The position numbers and the translations under genes are program-made. Below the pieces are notes generated by a model. The model ran no database searches. It saw only the letters and a program-made list of their open reading frames with translations, and was not told the origin of the DNA. 20,000 bases of DNA from an uncultured virus (IMG/VR IMGVR_UViG_3300011883_000001) (Duplodnaviria > Heunggongvirae > Uroviricota > Caudoviricetes > Schitoviridae), in IMG/VR virus record IMGVR_UViG_3300011883_000001. The stretch is one strand, 5' to 3'. The first letter of the stretch is position 1. Each line of letters opens with the position of its first letter. Below are positions 1 through 7,673 of the stretch, one piece after another.

Positions 1-2
1 TC

Positions 3-1760
3 AAGATTAATGGTAAGGACTTCGACGGTTCAGAAGACTTTGACATTATCACTGGTTCATCGGCGTTTATTGGTTCCGTGTCCTGGTTTAATGGCAACCC
101 TATGCGCTTACCTGATGGGTATGCGCAAGGTAACGGGCAAATCTATAATCGTGCTGATTATCCCTTCATGTGGGAAGCTATCGAACGAGGTCAGTTTGAA
201 GCTATCGACGATGCAACATGGTTAGCTGATCCGAGCCAACGCGCTAAATATTCATTAGGAGATGGCTCTACTACGTTCCGTATGCCTGATTTAAATGGTG
301 TTCAGCCTGATTCTTTAAATGCGCCTTTCCTACGTGGTAAAGGTGCATTTGCGGTAGGTACAGTGTTAGGGGATGCGATTCGTGACATAACCGCCAGGGT
401 TATTACTGTCCCACACACTATGCATGTAGGTAAGATCAACCATGATTGGACGGCTTATGATGCTGCCAGTATAAATTGGGCAGACACTTCAGGTAACAAC
501 TTAAAATTAGAAGAAAACAATGGCCTCTCTGCCAAAACTTTTCAGACAAACTTTAGAGCATCAAACGTAGTCCCTACCGCCACTGAAAACCGTCCTATTT
601 CCGCCGTAGGTATGTGGATTATCAAGGTACGCGGAGACACTGTAGCTTCACCAGAAAGCCAGCCAGCGACACTGATGCACAATGAATTTCACGGCAATCA
701 GATCATCCATGGTGACATGATCGTTACTGGTGAAGTGCGTTTTGGGGAAGCTAGCAAAGTAGAGGTAAATTTACCTATTGGTTTTGTTGAATGGTACAAC
801 GGCCCACGTACTCATATCAGGATTGGTACACTTCCATCTGACGGTCAGCTACTAAAGCGTGCGGATTACCCTGCACTTTGGGCTGAGATTGAACGTGGTG
901 CATTTGCATCTGTCTCCGAAACAGACTGGTGGGCTACTCCACATAATCGAGGTTCATATTCATTAGGTGATGGGTCCACAACATTCCGAATGCCTGATCT
1001 TAACGGTGTGCAGGAAGGTTCATTTAAACGTAATTTCTTGCGTGGTGCAGATATAGATGCACTTGTAGGTAAAATGCGTGGTGATGCTATCCGCGACATT
1101 CAAGGCGGCTTTACTGCTTCTGTTCCTGCTGGTCATGGAAATTACCGTACAGGTGCTTTTTCTGGATCATGGGGGTTGTCCACATCAAGCACCTCTGATC
1201 CAGCTGTTTACGAATTCCAAGCAGCGGTGCAGGGCGGTAAATACATAGAAGGATCGAGATACGGCTATTACTTTAGAGCTTCTGATGTAGTACCTACAGC
1301 AGAAGAAGTACGTCCAGTCAATGCGATGGGTGTGTGGGTTATTCGTGTAAGTGGTGGCGTACCGAATAACACTACTGGCACAGCAGCAGGGATAGATACC
1401 AACACATTTAACGGTCATCAAACCATGAATGCTGGTGCGTCTATTAATGGCGGGTTGACAGTTGATGGTAAAGAAGTTGTACGTAAGAGTGCAATTACAG
1501 CTGTATTAAGTGCTAGCGGTACACGTCAAAAAGGAGTTGTTTACTATAACGGCCCAAACTTACGAATAGTAATGCTTTATGTGGGGCAAGGTAGTAATAG
1601 TGGTGATACTGGTATTAAGGTAAATGATGTTTTTACAGCAGGAGCTAATATGCCGAACGCGCACTATTCATTGACGGCCCTTATTCCACCTAATACCGCA
1701 TATTCTTTTACAGGGCCGGCATCGGCTACCTATTGGGCATGGACGGAGACAGATATATGA
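3..1760 (+). CDS. Tail fibre protein, C-terminal part (5'-truncated by the window), with two tandem tail-collar-like modules
   Basis: The frame is open from base 3 (KINGKDFDGSEDFDI...), so GTG at 78 is not the true start. Two copies of RADYPxxWxxIERG...YSLGDGSTTFRMPDLNGVQ...FLRG...GDAIRDI...FRASxVVPTAxExRP, typical of phage tail-collar/fibre proteins. Confidence 0.9.
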   Translation, partial: KINGKDFDGSEDFDIITGSSAFIGSVSWFNGNPMRLPDGYAQGNGQIYNRADYPFMWEAIERGQFEAIDDATWLADPSQRAKYSLGDGSTTFRMPDLNGVQPDSLNAPFLRGKGAFAVGTVLGDAIRDITARVITVPHTMHVGKINHDWTAYDAASINWADTSGNNLKLEENNGLSAKTFQTNFRASNVVPTATENRPISAVGMWIIKVRGDTVASPESQPATLMHNEFHGNQIIHGDMIVTGEVRFGEASKVEVNLPIGFVEWYNGPRTHIRIGTLPSDGQLLKRADYPALWAEIERGAFASVSETDWWATPHNRGSYSLGDGSTTFRMPDLNGVQEGSFKRNFLRGADIDALVGKMRGDAIRDIQGGFTASVPAGHGNYRTGAFSGSWGLSTSSTSDPAVYEFQAAVQGGKYIEGSRYGYYFRASDVVPTAEEVRPVNAMGVWVIRVSGGVPNNTTGTAAGIDTNTFNGHQTMNAGASINGGLTVDGKEVVRKSAITAVLSASGTRQKGVVYYNGPNLRIVMLYVGQGSNSGDTGIKVNDVFTAGANMPNAHYSLTALIPPNTAYSFTGPASATYWAWTETDI

Positions 1761-2221
1761 AATACTTTAAAGATAGTAATGACAGCATTCACGGTATCGA
1801 CGAAGGGCAAGAGCAACATATCAAAGATGATATGATTGAACTTACAAAAGATGAGGTTGACCGCATCTTAAATCCTCAAGATTACCTTACTGACGAAGAA
1901 AAGCTGGAACTTGAAACTAAGTCCTTACCGGCACTGTCAGCAAAAGACTTTAGACACATGCTTGATCGTGCCGGATTGCGTGATGATATTGAATTACTCA
2001 TTACGCAAATTGAAGACCCAGCTATTAAACGTGCAATCCAGAATGAGTATGAATATGCTCAATTCTTTGAACGTACTAATCCAACAGTACTTTATATGAT
2101 TAACCTCCTTGGTTTAGATCCTACACAAGTAAACCAAGAATGGAGTACTCCAATCTCTTTAGATTTTGTACTTCCTACTAACCCAATAGAGGAAGAGGTA
2201 CCTAATACTTCAGGAGAATAA
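1757..2221 (+). CDS. Tail fibre assembly/chaperone-like protein
   Basis: ATGA overlap with the fibre stop and a GGAG SD upstream. MKYFKD...EVDRILNP..YLTDEEK...EYEYAQFFERT resembles small genes that follow tail fibres in Acinetobacter phages (recalled, not searched). Confidence 0.7.
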   Translation: MKYFKDSNDSIHGIDEGQEQHIKDDMIELTKDEVDRILNPQDYLTDEEKLELETKSLPALSAKDFRHMLDRAGLRDDIELLITQIEDPAIKRAIQNEYEYAQFFERTNPTVLYMINLLGLDPTQVNQEWSTPISLDFVLPTNPIEEEVPNTSGE

Positions 2222-2238
2222 ACCAAGATAAAAAGAAG

Positions 2239-2264
2239 AGAGGACTGCTAAAGTCCTCTTTTTT
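2239..2264 (+). terminator. Rho-independent terminator, possibly bidirectional
   Basis: AGAGGACT-gctaa-AGTCCTCT followed by a T run and preceded by an A-rich run, just after the chaperone stop. Confidence 0.85.
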
Positions 2265-2510
2265 ATTATGAATAGTATGTACTTAGATTGGTCTTAACTT
2301 TTTTGAAATTTTAAAAAATTAGTATGAGAGCACTAGGAGATATGGATTATTAGTATGAAGAGTAAACAGTTGAAAACTTTTTCAGATTTTTTAATTTTAG
2401 GTATCAGAGCAGGGGTTACTAATATTACCTCCCCTACCCAGTAACCTACCCCCCTCTATTCAATCCTGGAAAAGGATTCTTACCCATACCATGTTCAATC
2501 AAATTTCTCC

Positions 2511-2526
2511 TGCTTCGCAATTGTGG
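2511..2526 (+). promoter_or_regulatory. N4-type virion RNA polymerase hairpin promoter 1
   Basis: TGCTTCGCA-attgt-GG. The template strand reads TGC-GAA-GCA (GCGAAGC mini-hairpin). Lies upstream of the first early gene. Confidence 0.8.
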
Positions 2527-2571
2527 ACTAGTCATCCCAATTAATTAATTAATCCTATAGGAGTTACGACT

Positions 2572-2874
2572 ATGAAATTTGTTAAGAAAGCTGGTACTGC
2601 AGTTGGTTCTATTCTTGATACAACTACCGAAGCTGTAGAGATCTTACATGATGGTGTACTTGCTGTTCGTGAGTTCTCTCGTGAATGGAAAGATGATGCT
2701 CGTGTAGCTGTATTCATTGGTAAGTCAGAGAAACTCAAAGAACAAGGTGAAGCACTTGAAGCTTTAGGTTATACCATCTTACCTGAACATGTTGTAGTGA
2801 ATGATCGTGGTTATCCTGAATTAGATCTTACTGCAATCATGAAGTCTAAACCTGTTCAAGAAGTAAGTAAGTAA
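2572..2874 (+). CDS. First early protein, hypothetical
   Basis: Strong AGGAG SD; bracketed by a hairpin promoter and a terminator; 100 aa. Confidence 0.85.
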   Translation: MKFVKKAGTAVGSILDTTTEAVEILHDGVLAVREFSREWKDDARVAVFIGKSEKLKEQGEALEALGYTILPEHVVVNDRGYPELDLTAIMKSKPVQEVSK

Positions 2875-2885
2875 GTAATCCAAAT

Positions 2886-2918
2886 GAGTACATGACTTAG
2901 GTTGTGTACTCTTATTCT
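2886..2918 (+). terminator. Rho-independent terminator
   Basis: GAGTACATGAC-ttag-GTTGTGTACTC (11 bp including two G:U pairs) followed by TTATTCT. Confidence 0.7.
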
Positions 2919-2927
2919 TATTCTTTT

Positions 2928-2959
2928 ACACATCTAACACATCTAACACATTACACATA
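2928..2959. repeat. Short tandem repeat ACACATCTA x2 plus degenerate ACACAT(T/A) x2
   Basis: acacatcta acacatcta acacatt acacata, read directly from the sequence. Confidence 0.7.
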
Positions 2960-3157
2960 ACCTAAACAGTATGTGCGCTAAACAGTGTCAAACTTTCTAT
3001 CAAATCTATTTTTGCTGTGAATACAGATATTACTCTTAACTTAATACTACTTACTTAATTATATAAATAGTAATTGTCAGAATAGCTATATAGGGAATGG
3101 TATTAGTATTTATTTATCTATAACTATGTATCTAGTTATTACGTAGTTAGTTATTTA

Positions 3158-3213
3158 NNNNNNNNNNNNNNNNNNNNNNNNNNNNNNNNNNNNNNNNNNN
3201 NNNNNNNNNNNNN
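3158..3213. other. Assembly gap (56 N)
   Basis: Run of N in an AT-rich non-coding region. Confidence 0.99.
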
Positions 3214-3261
3214 CTGAATTTTATCGTGAAAGTTCAATCTGTCAAGACTTAATTGCATGAG

Positions 3262-3277
3262 TGCTTCGCAATAGTGG
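3262..3277 (+). promoter_or_regulatory. N4-type virion RNA polymerase hairpin promoter 2
   Basis: TGCTTCGCA-atagt-GG, same core and spacing as promoter 1. Confidence 0.8.
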
Positions 3278-3306
3278 TTATTACTTTAATTACAGGGATT
3301 ACTCTT

Positions 3307-3543
3307 ATGATCTTTACTCACTCTTATATGTCTTATCGTTACTTCACTATGTGGCATTCAAACCAACCTGTGAATACTGATGGTACTCAGACAACTATCA
3401 TCACTACTATCAAGTGTGACAACTGTGGTCATCTAGAAATCAATATGCATCAATCACCTATTGCATTAGTCCATGGTCAATTGATTATTCAACATGATGA
3501 CGTATGTGCTGATTGTGCTGAACTATATGAGATATTGAATTAA
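3307..3543 (+). CDS. Early protein with CxxC...CxxC (putative Zn ribbon)
   Basis: CDNCGH and CADC motifs. Start moved from 3253 to ATG 3307 because the promoter lies at 3262-3277 and an AGGGA SD precedes 3307. Confidence 0.7.
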   Translation: MIFTHSYMSYRYFTMWHSNQPVNTDGTQTTIITTIKCDNCGHLEINMHQSPIALVHGQLIIQHDDVCADCAELYEILN

Positions 3544-3589
3544 TACATGTTCTCTATCTCTCCTCTAATACTTATTAAGGAATAAACCT

Positions 3590-3760
3590 ATGTCTCCTAT
3601 TGAAAAACGATTAAGAGTTGTTATCTCCACAATGGGGGACAACACTATCATGATGCTTAAAGAAGGTTTAATTACCCTCAAGGATCTTGGTCTACCTTCA
3701 GAGCATAAAGCTCTATTAGATCAATTAATTAAACAAGAAATAGAGTTAAGAAACGTATGA
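3590..3760 (+). CDS. Small hypothetical protein, 56 aa (MSPIEKRLRVV...ELRNV); not in the ORF track
   Basis: AAGGAATAAACCT-ATG RBS; ATGA overlap with the next ORF. Confidence 0.75.
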   Translation: MSPIEKRLRVVISTMGDNTIMMLKEGLITLKDLGLPSEHKALLDQLIKQEIELRNV

Positions 3761-3879
3761 TCTTACTTGCTATTATTCCTCTTACTGCTATCACTTGCTA
3801 CGGTGTATATCATCGTAGCATTGGTATACTTATATTCTTATTCACTATTGCTGTGGGGTTAAAATTATGTGGTTATTAA
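3757..3879 (+). CDS. Small membrane protein, 40 aa (MILLAIIPLTAITCYGVYHRSIGILIFLFTIAVGLKLCGY)
   Basis: ATGA coupling to the upstream stop; two hydrophobic segments. Confidence 0.6.
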   Translation: MILLAIIPLTAITCYGVYHRSIGILIFLFTIAVGLKLCGY

Positions 3880-4010
3880 TACTGATTATTACTTGTCTGT
3901 TTGCTGGCGTAGCTCTTATGATCTATGCCTTTGAAACCAAGAGACATTGGTTAGTAGCATCACTTGTTATGTGCTTACTTACCTTGTCTTATCTGTACCC
4001 AGAAATCTAA
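3867..4010 (+). CDS. Small membrane protein, 47 aa (MWLLILIITCLFAGVALMIYAFETKRHWLVASLVMCLLTLSYLYPEI)
   Basis: GGGG SD-like sequence upstream; two hydrophobic helices around a KRH loop; terminator directly after. Confidence 0.65.
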   Translation: MWLLILIITCLFAGVALMIYAFETKRHWLVASLVMCLLTLSYLYPEI

Positions 4011-4018
4011 TATCATTT

Positions 4019-4041
4019 GAGGACGCTATGCGTCCTCTTTT
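4019..4041 (+). terminator. Rho-independent terminator
   Basis: GAGGACGC-tat-GCGTCCTC-TTTT. Confidence 0.8.
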
Positions 4042-4068
4042 GACTTTTAAATTATTACGGATTAAACC

Positions 4069-4335
4069 ATGATCCTTGCAATAGAATATTCCCAAGAAGC
4101 TGTAGATAAGCTACGCACACTAGGATTTACACGTTCATCTGGTTACTCCATACCTGAAGATGAAGTAGTTAGCATTCACTTCTCAGATCAGGCTAAAAAG
4201 TATGTATTCCTTGATACTCCATCAGGATTACCTTACGTCAACCTAAACTGTTTAGAAGCAGTTCTATTACTTTCTCCTAGCTATGAATCAACTAAAGAAT
4301 TTTTACCTATTCTTGAGGAATTAAACCAATGTTAA
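4069..4335 (+). CDS. Small hypothetical protein, expanded paralogue family
   Basis: N-terminal EAVDKLRTLGF and C-terminal LEAVLLLSPSYESTKEFL; GGATTAAACC RBS. Confidence 0.8.
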   Translation: MILAIEYSQEAVDKLRTLGFTRSSGYSIPEDEVVSIHFSDQAKKYVFLDTPSGLPYVNLNCLEAVLLLSPSYESTKEFLPILEELNQC

Positions 4336-4589
4336 TTAAAACCAAAGATACAGCTGCTATTCGTAAGCTGCTTGAGAAACATGGATACACAGAAGCAAAT
4401 AACTATACAAATGAGACTTCTGTTTATATTGTAGTTGCTACTCTTGCTAGAACTTTTAATAAAAGAATAGATGATTTTGACATCTATATGAACTCAACCA
4501 GCTTACGTAAAGCTCTTAGTGTTCAATCACTTGCACCTACATCAGATATAGGCGAAGAACTTATTCGGAGTACTTTTAGTAGTAATTAA
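4329..4589 (+). CDS. Small hypothetical protein, probable member of the expanded family
   Basis: DTAAIRKLLEKHGY...LSVQSLAPTSD; GAGGA SD. Confidence 0.75.
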   Translation: MLIKTKDTAAIRKLLEKHGYTEANNYTNETSVYIVVATLARTFNKRIDDFDIYMNSTSLRKALSVQSLAPTSDIGEELIRSTFSSN

Positions 4590-4652
4590 TATATACCTAA
4601 TTACTCTTAAATGACTCTACAACCTTTAAAAATTTAGTTAAGGAACTATCCA

Positions 4653-4940
4653 ATGCCAATTGACCTATCCATTAAACCAAAGCAAATAGAAGACAATACT
4701 GATTTGTCTGATATGGAAATCTTTGGTCATATTACACGTATGTTAGGTGAGGACCTTATGGTGTCCTTATCTGATGATACCAAGGGTTATTTGCTCTTAC
4801 ATGCGCGTGAAACTTATAAAGATATCTATACCTATGTAGAGTGGTTTACCAATGCTACAGGACAAGTGCCAACTAATGACGCACTAAAGATTATCATTGA
4901 TTCCATACTGCTTGAACGAGTACAAGCAACTAAACCATAA
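4653..4940 (+). CDS. Hypothetical protein
   Basis: AAGGA SD; 95-aa ORF in an operon-like run. Confidence 0.75.
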   Translation: MPIDLSIKPKQIEDNTDLSDMEIFGHITRMLGEDLMVSLSDDTKGYLLLHARETYKDIYTYVEWFTNATGQVPTNDALKIIIDSILLERVQATKP

Positions 4941-4981
4941 GAAAGCTGTTATAGCTCTTTTTCATTGGGATACCCTAAAGA

Positions 4982-5245
4982 ATGAAGCTTTTAAGAAATT
5001 TGCTTATTACACCTAATACTCCAGAAGTAATTACTCAATTAGAAACTCTAGGTTTTACTCAATATAGCAATGAAACGCATACTTTTAAGTATGTCACTAT
5101 CACTGACCCTCGTAAGATTACAGGAGCTTCCAATATTTCAAAAATGCGTAAGGTAATTCCTAATGACAAATTCATCCATATGATCACATTGCTTCAATTA
5201 AATGATGATCCGCACTATCGTCGTATGATTATGGGAATGTATTGA
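4982..5245 (+). CDS. Small hypothetical protein, expanded paralogue family
   Basis: NTPEVITQLETLGF...IPNDKFIHMITLLQL. Confidence 0.75.
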   Translation: MKLLRNLLITPNTPEVITQLETLGFTQYSNETHTFKYVTITDPRKITGASNISKMRKVIPNDKFIHMITLLQLNDDPHYRRMIMGMY

Positions 5246-5310
5246 AGTCTCTGTTCTTAAATCAACTACCATCAAGTGATTGCAGTCCTATTAGAATTGT
5301 TCTCTCGGTC

Positions 5311-5326
5311 TGCTTCGCAGTAACGG
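5311..5326 (+). promoter_or_regulatory. N4-type virion RNA polymerase hairpin promoter 3
   Basis: cTGCTTCGCAg-taac-GG; the stem extends by one C:G pair and the spacing to GG is unchanged. Confidence 0.8.
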
Positions 5327-5367
5327 CAATCATGCCATCAATTAAATTAATTTAAGGAATAAATCCC

Positions 5368-5670
5368 ATGGCTTTTAATAAACCAAATACTGCTGCTGCT
5401 AAATCAACTGCTACTGAAGCTCGTGAAGCTCGTACTACTATCGCTTATGTGAATCTTGGGATTCCTTTAGAAGATGGCAGTACTGCAAAGGTTGCAGGTG
5501 ATCTAACCATCCGTTTATATGCTGAAGACGAAACTCATGCTGAATTCGTTCAAGCTATCCGTGAAGGTCACATTGCAGAAGATGAAGCAGGTGAATACAT
5601 TATGGTTCGTGTATCTCTTGCACGTGATCCTTCTCAACCACGTCCAGGTATCAAATGGAATCGTGACTAA
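5368..5670 (+). CDS. Probable N4 gp2-like ssDNA-binding activator of RNAP II
   Basis: Monocistronic unit with its own hairpin promoter and terminator. MAFN..low-complexity leader then AYVNLGIP..DGS..KV resembles the conserved early protein of N4-like phages (recalled similarity only). Confidence 0.5.
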   Translation: MAFNKPNTAAAKSTATEAREARTTIAYVNLGIPLEDGSTAKVAGDLTIRLYAEDETHAEFVQAIREGHIAEDEAGEYIMVRVSLARDPSQPRPGIKWNRD

Positions 5671-5677
5671 TAATATC

Positions 5678-5712
5678 TCCTCTAACCCTAACGGGTTAGG
5701 GGATTTATTTTT
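5678..5712 (+). terminator. Rho-independent terminator
   Basis: TCCTCTAACCC-taac-GGGTTAGGGGA followed by TTTATTTTT. Confidence 0.85.
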
Positions 5713-5744
5713 AAATTCATTATTAATTCTTGATAGGAAACAGT

Positions 5745-6041
5745 ATGGATATTCAAGATATGTTTTACGTAGTTAATACTCCTGAAGTAGTAGAGTTATT
5801 ACTTTCTACAGGTTATCAACCTTTTTCTCCTGAATCCTTAAAACGTAAATATTTATGTGTTAATGATATTCTTATCTTAGGTAATACTGATTACGATATA
5901 GTTAAAGCATCTCCAGAGCTTAACTATATACAATTAAAACAAATACTAAGTATGAAGATATTATTATCTGATTCTGATTGGCTTCAATTTCTCAGAGACT
6001 TTACTAAAGATTTACCTAGAGCAGAGGATATAAATGAGTAA
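5745..6041 (+). CDS. Small hypothetical protein, expanded paralogue family
   Basis: YVVNTPEVVELLLSTGY...LNYIQLKQILSMKILL; AGGA SD before ATG 5745. Confidence 0.75.
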   Translation: MDIQDMFYVVNTPEVVELLLSTGYQPFSPESLKRKYLCVNDILILGNTDYDIVKASPELNYIQLKQILSMKILLSDSDWLQFLRDFTKDLPRAEDINE

Positions 6042-6171
6042 TGCATTAATAGCTTTCTGTGTGATTTATATGTTTTCTATCCCATTAACTCAACAGAATA
6101 AACGTAAATACCAACTAATTACGTTAATCACTTTAATCCCTATTTACGGGATAACAAGCATAGGATTTTAA
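6034..6171 (+). CDS. Small membrane protein, 45 aa (MSNALIAFCVIYMFSIPLTQQNKRKYQLITLITLIPIYGITSIGF)
   Basis: GAGGA SD; fills the gap between its neighbours; two hydrophobic segments around KRK. Confidence 0.6.
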   Translation: MSNALIAFCVIYMFSIPLTQQNKRKYQLITLITLIPIYGITSIGF

Positions 6172-6174
6172 ACC

Positions 6175-6519
6175 ATGGAATATACTAATGATTTTTATAG
6201 ATTAGAATCTTCTCAAATAATATTTAATTATAAACCTGAAACAGTAAAGTATATTGAATCACTGGGTATAACTATAGATTCAGCAGTATATACTAGATCT
6301 AATTTAGCATACGTATATATAGAAAATCCTTTAACATTATGTGTAGATACAGACCCTATAATACACGAGATAGTTATACCTGATCATTTAGTAAAACAAT
6401 ATCTATCATTGTACGTTCTAGGTTTAAACATACCTGACATTATTAAATGTCTTCCTGACGTCTGGGATTATCAAGAACATATTGACTGTTCTGGACGTGA
6501 CAATCCGTTCATCAAGTGA
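6175..6519 (+). CDS. Small hypothetical protein, probable member of the expanded family
   Basis: IFNYKPETVKYIESLGI...IPDHLVKQYLSLYVL; AGGA SD. Confidence 0.75.
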   Translation: MEYTNDFYRLESSQIIFNYKPETVKYIESLGITIDSAVYTRSNLAYVYIENPLTLCVDTDPIIHEIVIPDHLVKQYLSLYVLGLNIPDIIKCLPDVWDYQEHIDCSGRDNPFIK

Positions 6520-6549
6520 TCCCAATCCTGTTGTTCTGTTTCTCTCGTT

Positions 6550-6565
6550 TGCTTCGCATTTGTGG
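6550..6565 (+). promoter_or_regulatory. N4-type virion RNA polymerase hairpin promoter 4
   Basis: TGCTTCGCA-tttgt-GG; shares the upstream TTCTCTCG with promoter 3; heads the gene run that includes RNAP II subunit 1. Confidence 0.8.
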
Positions 6566-6598
6566 CATTCGCCTCTTATCTAAACCAAAGGATAAACC

Positions 6599-6862
6599 AT
6601 GAAACGTAAATCTGTAGATCCTACTGTAGCTATGTATTTCAAATTTATTAAAGATAATCATAAACGTATGTTTATTGATGGTTCTAATTATAAGTGGTTA
6701 GTTGAATCTTCTGAAACTGACTACAAGAACATGTTGGATATTATTGACATCATTGTTCAAATGCCTTCAACTAATAAAGATTTAGTTGAACGTTACCGTC
6801 AGGTAGCAGAGTTTATGTTAAATGAGATGTTATATGCATTTAAGGAACGTGAAAATGAGTGA
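6599..6862 (+). CDS. Hypothetical early protein
   Basis: AAGGATAAACC-ATG directly after promoter 4. Confidence 0.8.
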   Translation: MKRKSVDPTVAMYFKFIKDNHKRMFIDGSNYKWLVESSETDYKNMLDIIDIIVQMPSTNKDLVERYRQVAEFMLNEMLYAFKERENE

Positions 6863-7238
6863 AGCTCAGGCTACAGTTAGTAAGATACTAAAGAATGTTT
6901 CTATAGGATCTTCCCTTACTTATAAAGATAAGTCTTCAACAGTCATTTATGATTATCAAATATCTAAAGACGATAAGCTTATTTATAAGATTATAGCTAC
7001 TTATTTTAATGCAGAAGTTAAGTTTAAAAACCGTTGTGTTATTTATAAGAGACTACCTGAATTAACTGAAGATCCTTTACTAGCTACTTATATCTTAGCT
7101 TTATATTTACAAGCTAAAACTGAACAGAATAGTACTGATGAAACCAAGATGAGTTTAACTACTAAATTTATTATTGGGTTTACTTTATTAGCTCTTACTT
7201 ATCTCAATACAATTGCAGTATCTAATGCAATTTCTTAA
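6855..7238 (+). CDS. Hypothetical protein with C-terminal membrane anchor
   Basis: AAGGA SD before ATG 6855; C-terminal FIIGFTLLALTYL; LPELTEDPLLATYILA motif shared with 7674-8057. Confidence 0.75.
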   Translation: MSEAQATVSKILKNVSIGSSLTYKDKSSTVIYDYQISKDDKLIYKIIATYFNAEVKFKNRCVIYKRLPELTEDPLLATYILALYLQAKTEQNSTDETKMSLTTKFIIGFTLLALTYLNTIAVSNAIS

Positions 7239-7672
7239 TGGAATTAATTATGCGTATCATTGATAAATTACAAGCAGCTATTGAATTAGCTCAAGGCTAT
7301 CGTAAAGAGATTGTTGACTTTGAATCTCTTAAAGATAAAACAGTATTGGAAGTTTATTCTACTGAAGACGTCATTGAGATTCTTACTGATGATGGTTTGT
7401 ATTACCTGGAACATATTCAGGATTGTTGTGAACAAGTCTACGTAGAATCCATTGTAGGTGATCTACAATCCCTTGTAGGTCAAACAATTCTATTAGCTGA
7501 AGAATCTACAAATTCAGAAGGAGAACCTTCAAATGAATGGCAAGATTCATTTACCTGGACATTCTATAAATTAGCTACCATTAAAGGATATGTAGATATT
7601 CGTTGGTATGGTACGTCTAATGGTTATTACTCTGAATCAGTGACATGTAGGAAACTTACAGTAGGGCGTTAA
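7238..7672 (+). CDS. Conserved phage protein of unknown function (QDCCE / WTFYKLAT / SNGYYSE family, DUF7448-like)
   Basis: HIQDCCEQVYVESIVGDL...SFTWTFYKLATIKGYVDIRWYGTSNGYYSESV is a widespread phage signature (recalled). Confidence 0.8.
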   Translation: MELIMRIIDKLQAAIELAQGYRKEIVDFESLKDKTVLEVYSTEDVIEILTDDGLYYLEHIQDCCEQVYVESIVGDLQSLVGQTILLAEESTNSEGEPSNEWQDSFTWTFYKLATIKGYVDIRWYGTSNGYYSESVTCRKLTVGR

Positions 7673-7673
7673 T

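Noticed and set aside
78..1760. Diversity-generating retroelement template/variable repeat in the tail fibre
   Set aside because: Differences between the repeats are not adenine-specific, both copies are in-frame coding, and no reverse transcriptase is present in the window.
2861..2878. AAGT tandem repeat at the end of the first early gene
   Set aside because: It only provides stops in all three frames; too short to support more.
4945..4962. AGCT-gttat-AGCT-CTTTT possible terminator
   Set aside because: The stem is too short and weak to call.
2511..6565. Repeated TGCTTCGCA as a CRISPR-like or attC-like repeat
   Set aside because: Only 9 bp, irregularly spaced over kilobases, and better explained as virion-RNAP promoters.
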